NCBI GenBank assembly: GCA_963744145.1
Contig: CAVUSO010000001.1
Coordinates: 4,672,001-4,736,000, forward strand
From: an uncultured cyanobacterium
GTDB taxonomy: Bacteria > Cyanobacteriota > Cyanobacteriia > Cyanobacteriales > CAWUOF01
Reading direction: 5' to 3'
Length of the DNA: 64,000 bases
The notes under the pieces were generated by a model. It saw only the letters and a program-made list of their open reading frames with translations, had not been told where the DNA came from and did not search any database. The position numbers were made by a program, and so were the translations under genes. Position 1 is the first letter of the stretch. Each line of letters opens with the position of its first letter. Positions 18,625 to 29,837 of the stretch are shown here, in pieces.

Positions 18625-19749
18625 TTATTTTGGCAAGGGATCTATTGGATTTAACCATTGAGCAAAATCCCTAGCAAAACTATTGTTCAGGATGGATTGA
18701 CGGATATCCGTGGTGAAGCGAATCAGTTCAGTCACATTATGAATTGCTAATAGGGTATAGCCTACCTGTTCGTGCGATCGGATTAAATGACTCAGATAAG
18801 CACGACTGAAATTTCTACAGGTATAGCAGGGACATTGATCATCTAAGGAAGTAAAATCTCTTTGAAAACCAGAATTTTTCAGACACAACCTTTCCCCTCC
18901 CACCAAAGCAGAACCATGACGAGCTAAACGAGTGGGAATCACACAATCAAATAAATCGATCCCCGCAGCGATCGCTTGGGCCATTTCCCGATAAGTACCA
19001 ATACCCATCAAATAACGGGGTTTATCTGGTGGTAAGAGGGGAGCAGTAACCTGGACAATCTCAGCGATTAACTCTGGTGGTTCACCTACACTCACACCAC
19101 CGATCGCATATCCGGGTAAATCAAAAGCTGCTAGAGCCCGAGCCGCACTAACCCGTAAATCCGGATATACACCTCCCTGAACAATTCCAAACAAAGCCTG
19201 ATCTGCAAATTGATGGGCAGAAATACAACGTTCTAACCAACGATAAGTTCGCTCCGTCGCTTCTACTACCTCATCCCGAGTCGCTGGATAGGGAGGACAC
19301 TCATCAAACGCCATAATCACATCTGCACCCAGCTGGTTTTGAATCTGGATCGATCGCTCTGGGGTTAAATGAATGATCCTACCATCACGAGGCGATCGAA
19401 AGGTCACACCATCTTCAGTAATTTTACGCATTTCACTCAAGCTAAATACCTGAAATCCTCCTGAGTCAGTCAATATCGGTCCATTCCATCCCATAAACCG
19501 ATGCAATCCACCAGCTCCAGCCACAATCTCTTCTCCTGGTTGGAGATGGAGATGATAGGTATTAGCTAAAACCATTTGGGCTTGCGTATCTTTTAGTTGA
19601 GCGGGGGTTAAAGTTTTGACATTTGCCAGTGTTCCTACTGGCATGAATCTAGGTGTTTCTACGGAACCATGAGGCGTAAAAAATATACCTGCCCGCGCCT
19701 GCGTATGGCCACAATGCGCTTGACATTCAAACTTAAATTTTTCACTCAT
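18625..19749 (-). CDS. tgt: tRNA-guanine(34) transglycosylase
   Basis: [43 protein letters not shown]. Confidence 0.97.
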   Translation of the reverse strand: MSEKFKFECQAHCGHTQARAGIFFTPHGSVETPRFMPVGTLANVKTLTPAQLKDTQAQMVLANTYHLHLQPGEEIVAGAGGLHRFMGWNGPILTDSGGFQVFSLSEMRKITEDGVTFRSPRDGRIIHLTPERSIQIQNQLGADVIMAFDECPPYPATRDEVVEATERTYRWLERCISAHQFADQALFGIVQGGVYPDLRVSAARALAAFDLPGYAIGGVSVGEPPELIAEIVQVTAPLLPPDKPRYLMGIGTYREMAQAIAAGIDLFDCVIPTRLARHGSALVGGERLCLKNSGFQRDFTSLDDQCPCYTCRNFSRAYLSHLIRSHEQVGYTLLAIHNVTELIRFTTDIRQSILNNSFARDFAQWLNPIDPLPK

Positions 19750-19971
19750 ATTAGTTATGTTTAACCACTTAATTACCACTCTATAGGGTAGTGGGGAATG
19801 GAGCATCACTAAAAGGTAAGAGGACAAGATAAATTTATCGACTTAAATCGCCAACTTATCATCTAAATAACTATTAGCTAAGAGCTAAATCAGTCAATTA
19901 CCTATAAATAGGGATCTCCAGTTATTAACCATTAGCAAATATGCCTATAGAATTAGTGATATTAAGGATAT

Positions 19972-20424
19972 TTAATATGAGAAATCTTCTTCATCTTCAA
20001 TATGAAAATCCCAATCAGAGGATAGAGTTTGAGTGACTACAGATTCGAGGGTGGCTACATCTAAATTACGAGACGCTTGATCTTGCAAAGCATTAGAGAG
20101 CGGGATCAACCTCAGTTTGCGACCATGGTGAATCAGATCAAAATAAGCCCCTTTTTGAGGAGTCTGTTTTAATTCTAGGTAATCAAAACTATAAACATTT
20201 AGATAGATCGCATGGTTCGCAACTAGAGTAGCACGCTGGGGATCAGCAAATACATCAAGGACATAGCCTTCTCCCTCACTTTGTCGTTTCCCATCCTGAG
20301 TATGGATATAGCGAACTGGGCCTAAACCTGCCAATAAGACCTGCATATCGCGCTTATTGACAACAATACCTGCATCGACAATGCAAGGAGCGGCTACCCT
20401 GGTATTAGATTTTTCTTGATTCAT
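19972..20424 (-). CDS. Conserved cyanobacterial hypothetical protein
   Basis: Clean ORF divergent from cobS; looks like a conserved cyanobacterial protein, with no functional motif recognised. Confidence 0.65.
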   Translation of the reverse strand: MNQEKSNTRVAAPCIVDAGIVVNKRDMQVLLAGLGPVRYIHTQDGKRQSEGEGYVLDVFADPQRATLVANHAIYLNVYSFDYLELKQTPQKGAYFDLIHHGRKLRLIPLSNALQDQASRNLDVATLESVVTQTLSSDWDFHIEDEEDFSY

Positions 20425-20592
20425 ATTGAACAAGCCTCTGAAATAATTTTCTTTCTGGCACGTAATCAAAGATAGTCAATGCTTACGCGCTTAGAGAAGA
20501 AATTGTCAAAATTCCTACTGATATCTTCGTTACAATTCTGGCATAGGTTAGTGCAGATGGTATCCCCTTTTGGGATGAAAAACAGTAATTTT

Positions 20593-21388
20593 ATGGCAAA
20601 TGATCCAGGGTCGGAAAATCAGGGTAATCGATGGTGGCAAAGATGGGGAAAAGCGATCGCTGCGGCGATAGCATTTTATACAGTGCTACCGATCCCGACA
20701 AGTTGGACTTTGGAATTTCGCGGAATTGCCCGTTTGGCACCATTGATTGGGTTGATGATTGGGGGCATCTTAGGACTAGCAGATTTTGGGCTAAATTTGT
20801 TAGGAATGCCGCCGCTCACTCGTTCGGCTTTGGTGGTGGTAAGTTGGATCGGTTTAACTGGAGGTTTACATCTAGATGGTGTCATGGATACCGCTGATGG
20901 TCTAGCGGTCCCTGACCCCCAACGACGTTTAGAAGTCATGTCTGATAGTGTGACTGGAGCTTTTGGTGCTATGGCAGCGATCGCGTTAATATTGTTAAAA
21001 ACTGCGGCTCTAAGTGATATTCATGCTCATCGTTGGTTAGCTTTAATGACTGCTGGAGGTTGGGGGAGATGGGGTCAATTAGTCGCGATCGCTCGTTATC
21101 CCTACCTCAAATCCACGGGTAAAGGTGCCATCCACAAAGCATCGATTCATTCTCCGCTAGATTTATTGCCAGGATTATTGTTATTACTGGGATTAAGTGG
21201 GATAAAAATTTTGTTAAACCCCGATCAGTGGTTAGTGGCGATCGGGATGGCGGTTAGGTGGAAGTGCGATCGCGATTCTGACTGGAGCTTGGTTGAACCA
21301 TAAATTAGGTGGTCATACTGGTGATACTTATGGTGCAGTGGTTGAATGGACTGAAGCGCTTTTACTTTGTCTAATCGCTGGATTGTAA
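20593..21388 (+). pseudogene. cobS: Adenosylcobinamide-GDP ribazoletransferase, apparent +1 frameshift near 21253 (possibly a sequencing error)
   Basis: [15 protein letters not shown] and [10 protein letters not shown] motifs. The conserved tail [17 protein letters not shown] lies in another frame ending TAA 21388. Confidence 0.88.
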
Positions 21389-21405
21389 AGTCTTAAGTTA
21401 GTTTT

Positions 21406-22035
21406 CTACAAAGTAAGGTTCAAAATCTGCTGTAGGGATAAATTGAACTGGGGAAAAGTTGGGGAAGCGATCGGCGTATTTCCTGTGAATGGAATCATCT
21501 GATATTCTCCGTCAATCAAACTACAAACAAAAAATGTGGGTTTTTTAGGATTACCGATAAATTTTCTTGCCCCTAAAGCTGCGTAATCGATTATCCAATA
21601 TTCCTCAATCCCCATTTCCTCATAATCTCGCAGTTTATTATAGTAATCATCACGCCAATTAGTTGAAACCACCTCAACGATTAATTTGACTGAATTACAA
21701 TTTTGGATAATTGATTCACTTTCCCACCGGGATTCCGCTCCAATAACTTCTTGATTTAAAACGATGATATCTGGTTCATAACCTGAGTTTTCCCTAGAAG
21801 GTTTGACAATTGCTTCCCTAGGAATAGTCCAAATACCTCCTTTACCGATCTGTCTAATCATGATCAATAATTGCTCAATCAGGGAACCAGTTAGATTTGA
21901 ATGTTTTCCCTTTGGTTTAGGCATTTCGATGATTACTCCATCATGCAGTTCGTATCGGATTTTCGAGTTTTCAGGATACCATCTGATAAATTGGTCAAAG
22001 TTATATAATTTGGGTTCAGATTGGGCTTGATTCAT
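21406..22035 (-). CDS. Uma2 family endonuclease
   Basis: YELHDG, EPD, VEVVSTNWRDDY, GIEEYWIID. Confidence 0.9.
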   Translation of the reverse strand: MNQAQSEPKLYNFDQFIRWYPENSKIRYELHDGVIIEMPKPKGKHSNLTGSLIEQLLIMIRQIGKGGIWTIPREAIVKPSRENSGYEPDIIVLNQEVIGAESRWESESIIQNCNSVKLIVEVVSTNWRDDYYNKLRDYEEMGIEEYWIIDYAALGARKFIGNPKKPTFFVCSLIDGEYQMIPFTGNTPIASPTFPQFNLSLQQILNLTL

Positions 22036-22115
22036 AAATTTGGTTAAGGTTTTCTTGATAAGAAAATCTGAAAAACAGGATCTTTAAATACATGAGAAGC
22101 CTGGTTTTAATAAAT

Positions 22116-25100
22116 TTAACACGATCGCAAAATTGGTTCCAGAAATTGGATAATCCCAGCATCATCAAATTGGTCAGCTAATGCTACAATCCGAGCCACA
22201 AAAGGTTTATATTTTTGATTAAAGTTTTCTAACCGAGTAGCTTCACTTTTCACCAGCTCGATATCACCAATCCGACTAGCTTGGTAGATTTGGTTCAGTT
22301 CTGCTGCTGATGGGAAGATCATTTCTTCTTCTTGTTCTGATGCTATTTCTATAGCCTCATAATTCCAAGTAATTGGTAAATTATTGGCTAGAGCATCAAA
22401 TAAATCTTGAGCATTAACTGGTTTAGCTAAAAAATTATCTCCACCAGCTTCTCTACTCATTTGTTGATCCAATTGTCCTACAGATGCAGATGAAACTAGG
22501 ACTTTTAAGTGTTTCAAATCAGGATCATTCCGTAACTGTTTCAGCATTTCAAAACCATCCATTACTGGCATCGCTAGGTCTGTAATTACTAAATCTGGTT
22601 GCTCCGATCGCATTTTTTCTAAACCGATCTGTCCATTCTCAGCTTCTATAACTACAAAACCGATAGGTTCTAATAAATTCACAATTACAGACCTATTTTC
22701 CCACCGATCATCCACAATTAAAATCTTTTGTTTTTCCCCATGATAAGTCACAATATGACCAGCCATACTGGTTTGTTGCTGGACCCATTCCTGATTTAAA
22801 GGTAATTCTACTTCAAAAAAGAATTTACTACCTACGCCCAGTTGACTCTCGACTTGAATTTGTCCCCCCATTAATTGGACAATTTGCTGGCTAATTGCTA
22901 ATCCTAAACCTGTACCTTCCGATTGACGAGTGCGATCGCCGACTTGTTCAAAAGCACGGAATAGTTTCTGAATATCTTCGTGGCTAATCCCAACTCCCGT
23001 ATCCATAACGGCAAAGTGTAGATAAGCAAAAGACTTGGTCTCTGAGCGGTAGTCGAAGAGTGGATCAATATTGGAGTTTAATAGTTCAACTTTTAGAGTG
23101 ACACTACCTCGATCAGTAAATTTAATCGCATTACCTAAGAGATTAATTAGGACCTGTCTCAATCGTTTTTCATCAGCGATAATACCATGAGGTAAATTAG
23201 GATCAGGTGTGTAGTAAAAATCAATTATTTTCTGTTGAGCGCGGATTTGAGAGATTTCCACCACACCTTGCAGGAGTGAAGGTAAATGAATAGCAGTAGG
23301 TGCTAGTTCAAGTTTCCGAGCTTCAATTTTGGCAATGTCGAGAATATCATTAATTAAAGTGAGCAGATGAGAACCACATTGGTGAATAACGTTGACCCCA
23401 TGAAGTTCTTTTTTGGGCATAACTTTGGAACGTTCAAGAATTTGGGCATAACCCAAGATTCCATTGAGTGGTGTTCGTAGTTCGTGACTTATATTAGCGA
23501 GAAATTCACTTTTGGCTTGATTAGCTATTTCGGCAGTCACTTTAGCTTGTTGGAGTTGGGCTTCAACCTGTTTACGTTCAGTAATATTCATCGCTACTCC
23601 CAAAACTTGTGGAGTTTCCCCAGGAAGTGAGACTTTAATCGATTGGAAATAAGACACTTCTCCCGTTGGGGTGGTGACAGTTTCTTCCAAAATTTTGGTA
23701 ACTCCAGTTTCCATCACTTGTCGATCAGCTTCCAGGTAACGAATAACTTCCTCAGCATTACTATTGAAGTCAGCATCAGTCTTGCCGATTAGTTCTTCAA
23801 TAGTTGTACCATAAACTTTGGCAAGGGTTTGATTAACAAGAACAAATCTGCCATACCAATCTTTCACAAAAATCACATTAGGATCGCTATCAATAACAGT
23901 CCGGAGAAACATTTGTTGTTGTTTCAGTTCGGTGGTACGTTTTTCTACTCTTTGTTCTAGTTCAGCATTAGTTTGGGCTAGGGTATCAAAGGAAACTTGG
24001 AGTTTTTCACTCATCTCATTAAAGATTTGTCCTAGCTGATCTAGTTCTTGGATGTTTTCTGGTTGGATTTTTTGGTCAAGATTACCTCTGGTGATTTCTT
24101 GGGAGGCATTTTTTAAACGAACAATGGGTTGTAAAATCCATCGGGATGTATAGATACCAGAGATTACAGCTAAGACTAAAGCTAAGGTACAAAGGATAAT
24201 TGTAGTGCGAGTGTTGGCGTTAATATGTTCCATGAAATCAGACGCTGGCACTACTACTATAATGAGTAAATTTAAGCCAAATTTATCTTTAAATGGTAGT
24301 ACATGAATAAAATTTATCTGACCATTTTGAGTAAATTCAAGTTGTTGATCCTGGTCGATTTTACCAATTTGGCCAAATTTTGATATCAAATATTGACTGG
24401 TTTGATTAATCAAAACGTCATTGGTTTCTTGGGGATTCAGTCGCTGAAACTTTTTTTGACCATCAGGTTGCTGACTACTCAAAAAAATTCGGGGATTTTT
24501 TTGAGAACTTGCTACTAGGTTTCCCTCCTTGTCAACAATAAAAATTTTTCCTGATTTTCCCACTTTTAGACTAGCTAAAAATTTACTAATATCTAAAAGA
24601 GAAAGAGCCACAGCAAACGTACCTAATTGGTTATTTTTTTGATCAAAAACTGGACGGTAGGCACTAATAACTAGGGTTTCATTATTGTCAATTGGAAAAA
24701 TATTACTCCATCCTGGCTGGGTCGTTTTTTGCCCTTTTTGATACCAGATTTTTGTCCTTAGATCATAAGCGGGAATCTTCTCCAACAATTTAATTCGATT
24801 ACCATTCCTGTCTAGAGAATACTCAGAATATTGATCAGAACTAGCAGGATCTACTACTACCATCTGCACTTGGTAATTTTTCTGATAAATCATTCTTCCC
24901 ACTTTCTGTAAATTAGCAAATAAAATATAACTCACGTTAGAATCAACTTCTAATAGTTGAAAGTAGAGGTGATGCTCGATCGCCGAGAAATCTTGTAAAT
25001 CTAATTTACCCAGACGAACATCATCTGCGCTAATACGATTAATGAAATGAGGGGTAGCTAAATAGGTATCTAGGTACTGGTTGACCCTCGCGCTAATCTC

Positions 25101-25322
25101 AGTCTGTAGCTGATTAGCTACATCATTAACAGCTTTTTCACCATTACGAATTGAGAGATAACCAGTCAAACCAACAGCAGCAAATATTTGGATAATAAAT
25201 GGGGCAATAAGGATTAGTCTTAGAGGTATGGAAGAGCGACGGTACTGGATTTTAACTGGTTGTGGGATTGGTTCGGAGATGGACATAGATGTATTTAATT
25301 CAGGAGATTGGTTCTTTAACAT
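22116..25322 (-). CDS. Hybrid sensor histidine kinase (Cache-HAMP-PAS-HisKA-HATPase-REC)
   Basis: Two TMs flanking a periplasmic domain; [38 protein letters not shown]. Confidence 0.93.
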   Translation of the reverse strand: MLKNQSPELNTSMSISEPIPQPVKIQYRRSSIPLRLILIAPFIIQIFAAVGLTGYLSIRNGEKAVNDVANQLQTEISARVNQYLDTYLATPHFINRISADDVRLGKLDLQDFSAIEHHLYFQLLEVDSNVSYILFANLQKVGRMIYQKNYQVQMVVVDPASSDQYSEYSLDRNGNRIKLLEKIPAYDLRTKIWYQKGQKTTQPGWSNIFPIDNNETLVISAYRPVFDQKNNQLGTFAVALSLLDISKFLASLKVGKSGKIFIVDKEGNLVASSQKNPRIFLSSQQPDGQKKFQRLNPQETNDVLINQTSQYLISKFGQIGKIDQDQQLEFTQNGQINFIHVLPFKDKFGLNLLIIVVVPASDFMEHINANTRTTIILCTLALVLAVISGIYTSRWILQPIVRLKNASQEITRGNLDQKIQPENIQELDQLGQIFNEMSEKLQVSFDTLAQTNAELEQRVEKRTTELKQQQMFLRTVIDSDPNVIFVKDWYGRFVLVNQTLAKVYGTTIEELIGKTDADFNSNAEEVIRYLEADRQVMETGVTKILEETVTTPTGEVSYFQSIKVSLPGETPQVLGVAMNITERKQVEAQLQQAKVTAEIANQAKSEFLANISHELRTPLNGILGYAQILERSKVMPKKELHGVNVIHQCGSHLLTLINDILDIAKIEARKLELAPTAIHLPSLLQGVVEISQIRAQQKIIDFYYTPDPNLPHGIIADEKRLRQVLINLLGNAIKFTDRGSVTLKVELLNSNIDPLFDYRSETKSFAYLHFAVMDTGVGISHEDIQKLFRAFEQVGDRTRQSEGTGLGLAISQQIVQLMGGQIQVESQLGVGSKFFFEVELPLNQEWVQQQTSMAGHIVTYHGEKQKILIVDDRWENRSVIVNLLEPIGFVVIEAENGQIGLEKMRSEQPDLVITDLAMPVMDGFEMLKQLRNDPDLKHLKVLVSSASVGQLDQQMSREAGGDNFLAKPVNAQDLFDALANNLPITWNYEAIEIASEQEEEMIFPSAAELNQIYQASRIGDIELVKSEATRLENFNQKYKPFVARIVALADQFDDAGIIQFLEPILRSC

Positions 25323-25562
25323 GATGAGATTTGATTATCAATGTTAGTTTTTCAATAAGTTTGGATAATTAGGACATTTTAGCTTGTAGCATATTTTAAA
25401 TAAAAATATAGTTTTATATATCACTATTTTATTTTTATTATTAATGCGATCATTTTTGTGATCTTTATAGTATCTTTATCGTATCTTTAACTAGGTTAAG
25501 AAATGAAGAATCAATCTGGGTTATAGTATCTGAGTTACTAGATCAGGAGTTTAATAAACAGG

Positions 25563-26894
25563 ATGTTAAGGCGAATCAGTAGGCGTAAATTCCTTATCTA
25601 TAGCTCCGTTATTTTAGGAACAAGTATTTTTATAAAAGCTTGTAGCAATCCTACCCCATCAATAACTAAGTCAGAGAATAACCCTAGTCCTGAAACATTA
25701 CCTTTACCAGCTAATATATCTACCAAGAGTGGAAATAGGATCAAGGTCGGGATTTTACATTCTCTGAGTGGTACAATGGCAATTAGCGAAAACAGCGTCG
25801 TCGATGCTGAAATGCTAGCCATTGAGGAAATAAATAAATCTGGTGGTGTGCTTGGTAAACAGATTGAAGTCATCCAAGAAGATGGAAACTCTGACGAGCA
25901 AACTTTTGCCCAGAAAGCGCAAAAGCTGATCGATCAAGATCAAGTGGTGACAATTTTCGGCTGTTGGACTTCATCTAGTCGGAAAGCAGTGTTGTCTGTG
26001 GTTGAAAGTAAAAAACATCTGCTCTGGTATCCTGTCCAATATGAGGGTCAAGAGTGTTCTGATTATATTTTCTATACGGGTGCTACACCGAACCAACAAA
26101 TCGAGCCATCAGTTGATTGGCTATTAGAAAATAAAGGTAAAGAATTCTTTTTATTTGGCTCAGATTACATTTTTCCTCGGACTGCTAATACCATCATCAA
26201 AGCGCAATTAAAAGCCAAAGGTGCTAAAACAGTCGGAGAATATTATTTACCTTTAGGCAGTACGGAAGTGATGCCAATTATTAATAAAATTAAACAAGCT
26301 CTTCCTCATGGTGGAGTAATCTATAACACTCTCAATGGAGACAGTAATATCGCATTTTTCAAGCAACTACAAAAGGCGGATTTAAGTCCAGATAAATATC
26401 CCACCATGTCGGTAAGTATTGGCGAAGAAGAAGTGAAATCGATCGGCGTAGAATATCTTAAAGATCATTATGCTACTTGGAACTATTTCCAGACGGTGGA
26501 GACACCAGCCAATAAAAAGTTTGTCGAAGCTTTTAAAAGCAAATATGGATCAGTTCGAGTAATAAATGACCCAATGGAAGCAGCTTATATAGCTGTTTAT
26601 CTATGGAAACAAGCTGTAGAAAAAGCCAGAACACCTAACGATTTAGAAAAAGTACGTGCAGCAGCTTATGGGTTAACGTTTGATGCTCCTGAAGGTAAAG
26701 TGATGATGAACTCCAACCATCATCTTTCTAAATTTGTCCGTATTGGTCGAGTTAGGACGGATGGTTTGTTCAAGATTGTCCAATCTAGTGACAAAGTAAT
26801 TGATCCGCTACCGTGGAATCAATTTGTAGCAGAAACACAAGGATTTAGTTGTGACTGGTCTGATCCGACTAAAGGTGGTAAGTACAAAACTTGA
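25563..26894 (+). CDS. urtA: Urea ABC transporter substrate-binding protein (UrtA-like)
   Basis: Tat/lipoprotein-like leader; KVGILHSLSGTMAISE, FGCWTSSSRK, YPVQYEGQE, YTGATPNQQ. Confidence 0.85.
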   Translation: MLRRISRRKFLIYSSVILGTSIFIKACSNPTPSITKSENNPSPETLPLPANISTKSGNRIKVGILHSLSGTMAISENSVVDAEMLAIEEINKSGGVLGKQIEVIQEDGNSDEQTFAQKAQKLIDQDQVVTIFGCWTSSSRKAVLSVVESKKHLLWYPVQYEGQECSDYIFYTGATPNQQIEPSVDWLLENKGKEFFLFGSDYIFPRTANTIIKAQLKAKGAKTVGEYYLPLGSTEVMPIINKIKQALPHGGVIYNTLNGDSNIAFFKQLQKADLSPDKYPTMSVSIGEEEVKSIGVEYLKDHYATWNYFQTVETPANKKFVEAFKSKYGSVRVINDPMEAAYIAVYLWKQAVEKARTPNDLEKVRAAAYGLTFDAPEGKVMMNSNHHLSKFVRIGRVRTDGLFKIVQSSDKVIDPLPWNQFVAETQGFSCDWSDPTKGGKYKT

Positions 26895-27145
26895 TCACCA
26901 TCTAAAGTAACTTTGCCACTGTCCTAGTTTAAAGGCTAAATTACCCAATTATTCATCAACAGAAAAAAACCACCGATCATAATAATATTAGCGATCGCGC
27001 TTATCAAATTAAACGTCATCCCCAGTTTCAAAATTATCAAGATCAAGTTTTACAACTGTTGAATATACAAGCAGAAAAGAAGCAATTTAAAAACCATAAT
27101 GATGTTCACTTATTAGCCGGATGAACCCATTTTACTCTCAAGATT

Positions 27146-28027
27146 TTAGGATGACCAAATTCGTTGCAGATTGAGTACAAATCCAGGTAAAATATTTTCA
27201 CCAGAAATGCTTTGAGGTGCTTTTAAAACTTCCACTTCTTGTCCAGGACGATAAATTTCTACTTCTTGTCTTTTGCGGTTGATTAACCAACCTAGACGAC
27301 AACCATTTTCCAGATATTCTTGCATTTTCTGCTGAGTTTTTTTCAAGTTGTCATTAGGTGAAAGGATCTCAATCACAAAATCAGGACACAGGGGAATAAA
27401 TTTTTCTTTTTGTGCTTGAGTCAATCCATCCCAACGGGATTTTTCTACCCAAGCAACATCAGGTCATACCAATTCACCATGAAGATACATTGATGTATAT
27501 TGATCTGTGGGTGAGGGTGGGTTTTGATGATTAGTAGGTAAATGTCAAACATCTCGGTGAACCCGGGCGGGTTTTTCTAATTAATTGGTAAATTTCAAAA
27601 ATCTGGGCGAACCCGCCCCTACTACAGAAATCCGCAAATTGAGGATAAAATTGGTAGGGGCAGGTTCACCAGTCAATTTTGCCACCAACAGATCACCATT
27701 ATAAACCTGCCCTGGCCTAACAGATCAACCTCAGATTAAGTGCAATTTCATAGTTAATTGGTATGAGCGATCTGCACCATTCGGTAAAGTAAACCCTGTG
27801 GATGAATCAAAAACTTCACCAAGTTGATTTTGATCATTCCAAAACCAAATTTGAGCGTTAAATGTAGAGTTGATTTTACCCGTTTCTCCTCCTGTAGGTG
27901 GCATAATAATTAATTCTCCCTGAGCATTGCGTTCTAATTTTAAATCAGAATTTTCTTCACATAATTGAAAAAATTGCTCTCTGGTTAGTTTAATTACAGA
28001 ATTGAGGTTGAATGTAAGTGCTGTCAT
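27146..28027 (-). pseudogene. Uma2 family endonuclease interrupted by a 300-bp MITE
   Basis: ...FTLPNGADRS | PDVAWVEKSRWDGLTQ... joins in frame when 27464-27763 is removed. Confidence 0.9.
27464..27766. mobile_element. MITE with TACCAATT...AATTGGTA ends (family A)
   Basis: Terminal inverted repeats TCATACCAATT / AATTGGTATGA, internal GTAGGGGC REP-like arms; disrupts Uma2. Confidence 0.85.
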
Positions 28028-28189
28028 AAAATCACCAACCGCCCAAGTAAAATCAAAATAGACACTCCCATTAGGACATTTGACAATTTCTCTAGATTGT
28101 CGTGATGGGTATCCATTGGCTTACCTCCTTTCTAGTTAAATCTATGATCATCAACTTTAAAAGTAGTTGAGCGATCGCTAATTTTCCAA

Positions 28190-28520
28190 TGGGCACACTA
28201 TATTCGCGCTAGGTGCCGTCAGATTCAGGTAATTGAGTATGATCGGGAAAAAGAGGGGGTAATAGGGTGGGGTCAAGACTTCTACTCATAGTTCTTAGTT
28301 ATCCACAACAGAAATGACTAGATGCTTGATTTAAGGGCGTTGCTTAACCAGGGTATGATATAATTGGAAAATCCTGTAGGGGCGTATTGCCATACGCCCC
28401 TACAAATTATTTATTCATACCGTAAATCAGCAACGCCAATTTAAGTATAGCAATTTCAGATTGAGCAGTTTAATCTTACTACTAAAAAATCAATCCAAAC
28501 CAGTGAAAATTGAGATCATA
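28190..28520. pseudogene. Relic of a third Uma2 / small-ORF module
   Basis: Matches 29937-29955 and 30187-30402: deleted Uma2 start, shared intergenic region, then only GTGAAAATTGA of the small gene. Confidence 0.75.
28336..28437. mobile_element. 102-bp MITE with GGCGTTGCT...AGCAACGCC TIRs and 7-8 bp target duplication
   Basis: Flanked by gATTTAAG / aATTTAAG. The empty site GCTTGATTTAAGTATAGC is present at about 30298 and 35129. Confidence 0.88.
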
Positions 28521-28812
28521 TAGCTCTCTCAAAGATTAATGAGTTATTGAAAGTTTCCGCTACATCCTGAATCCCATAGTTATCTATCAGTCACGATCGC
28601 ACAATAGTATTACATTTACTTCCTCATCTACAAGTAGAAATAGAAAGCGCGATCGCCACTATCCTTTTGAGGTGTGTCGCTAGATATTGATGCTTTAAAG
28701 TTTTATATCAGACCTTCTGATATAGCCAGGTAATTTGTTCCAATCTACTTATACCGCGTTAACTCGCTTATTGTGATACAATGAAATTAATTAATAGATA
28801 TAAGAGTAAAAT

Positions 28813-29040
28813 ATGGCCAATCACTCTGATGCTTATAAGCGACAACCACGGGTTAAGGGATCGTTTAGTCTTCTCTATGAGGAGCCATTGAGTAAGAAAA
28901 TTTACGCAACCCAGGTGCCTAAATCAGTAGCGATCGCACTAGAGCAATTACCTAATAAAAATGCCTGGTTAAAACGGGTTATCTATGAAGCAGCCCGCCA
29001 AGAATTGATGCAAAACTCAACTGTTGACAGTTTTGAGTAA
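28813..29040 (+). CDS. Small hypothetical protein, possibly DNA-binding
   Basis: 75-aa ORF with ATG, first gene of an apparent 3-gene operon. Confidence 0.55.
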   Translation: MANHSDAYKRQPRVKGSFSLLYEEPLSKKIYATQVPKSVAIALEQLPNKNAWLKRVIYEAARQELMQNSTVDSFE

Positions 29041-29054
29041 AAGGACTTGTTAAA

Positions 29055-29402
29055 TTGTTATTACCGAATAATGAAAATGCCTTTATTGCTCCAGCAAAAC
29101 TTACAGAATATTTACTTTCAGAGACACACAAAGATGGAAAGTCAAAAGCCAAGTTTTTTCGTAAATATGGATTTAATGAAGAAAATGTTGATCTTTTGGA
29201 GAAAGAGTTATTAAACCTTGCTCGTGATCGTGAGGTTACAGAAATTGAACCGACCGAATACGGGATAAAATATAAAATAGTAGGGACAATTAACACCCCA
29301 GTTGAGAAAACAATCAGTATTCTAACGATATGGATTATTAACACAGACCAAGATTGTCCTGGATTTGTTACTGCAAGACCATTTTCAGAAAAACGGAGTT
29401 AA
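29055..29402 (+). CDS. DUF6883-like protein
   Basis: KLTEYLLS.TH.DGKSKAKFF..GF, TEYGIKY, TIWI, FVTA pattern. Confidence 0.75.
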   Translation: MLLPNNENAFIAPAKLTEYLLSETHKDGKSKAKFFRKYGFNEENVDLLEKELLNLARDREVTEIEPTEYGIKYKIVGTINTPVEKTISILTIWIINTDQDCPGFVTARPFSEKRS

Positions 29403-29408
29403 ATATAT

Positions 29409-29822
29409 ATGTTTAAAGAGTTAGATATAGTCAATTTAACCATTGATATTGACGACCATAATTTAAAGAAAGGGCGTCATGGAACTATTGTTCATTGTTA
29501 CAATAATCAACAAGCATTTGAGGTGGAGTTTGTTGACGATGACGGAGATACACTAGCACTATTGACCTTAGAAAAATCTCAGATTGAATTAGAGCAAGAA
29601 AGTCTTAAAAGCCATGTTGTAGAAATTATTAATACCTTACCTGTTGATGATCTAGCTGACATTAGAGATAACGCTGAAGTTTTACAGTTCCTACATAATC
29701 ATGCCAGATTTAACATTATTAATTCCACCGAAATAACCCAGTTATTAAAGTTGAAACAAGACCGTGATGAATTAATTACTAAGTTACTTGACCAAATCAA
29801 CTGTAAAAATATTCAATCTTAG
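29409..29822 (+). CDS. DUF4926 domain protein with C-terminal extension
   Basis: KELDIV.L...LKKG..GTIVH.Y....FEVEF...G.TLALLTL pattern. Confidence 0.8.
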   Translation: MFKELDIVNLTIDIDDHNLKKGRHGTIVHCYNNQQAFEVEFVDDDGDTLALLTLEKSQIELEQESLKSHVVEIINTLPVDDLADIRDNAEVLQFLHNHARFNIINSTEITQLLKLKQDRDELITKLLDQINCKNIQS

Positions 29823-29837
29823 GTTGCTATGCTCAAA

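Noticed and set aside
18341..18658. 105-aa ORF on the minus strand
   Set aside because: Off-frame overlap of psbK and a REPIN; psbK (18306-18443) is the real gene.
25526..25538. NtcA box upstream of urtA
   Set aside because: GTA-N7-TAC; the consensus requires N8.
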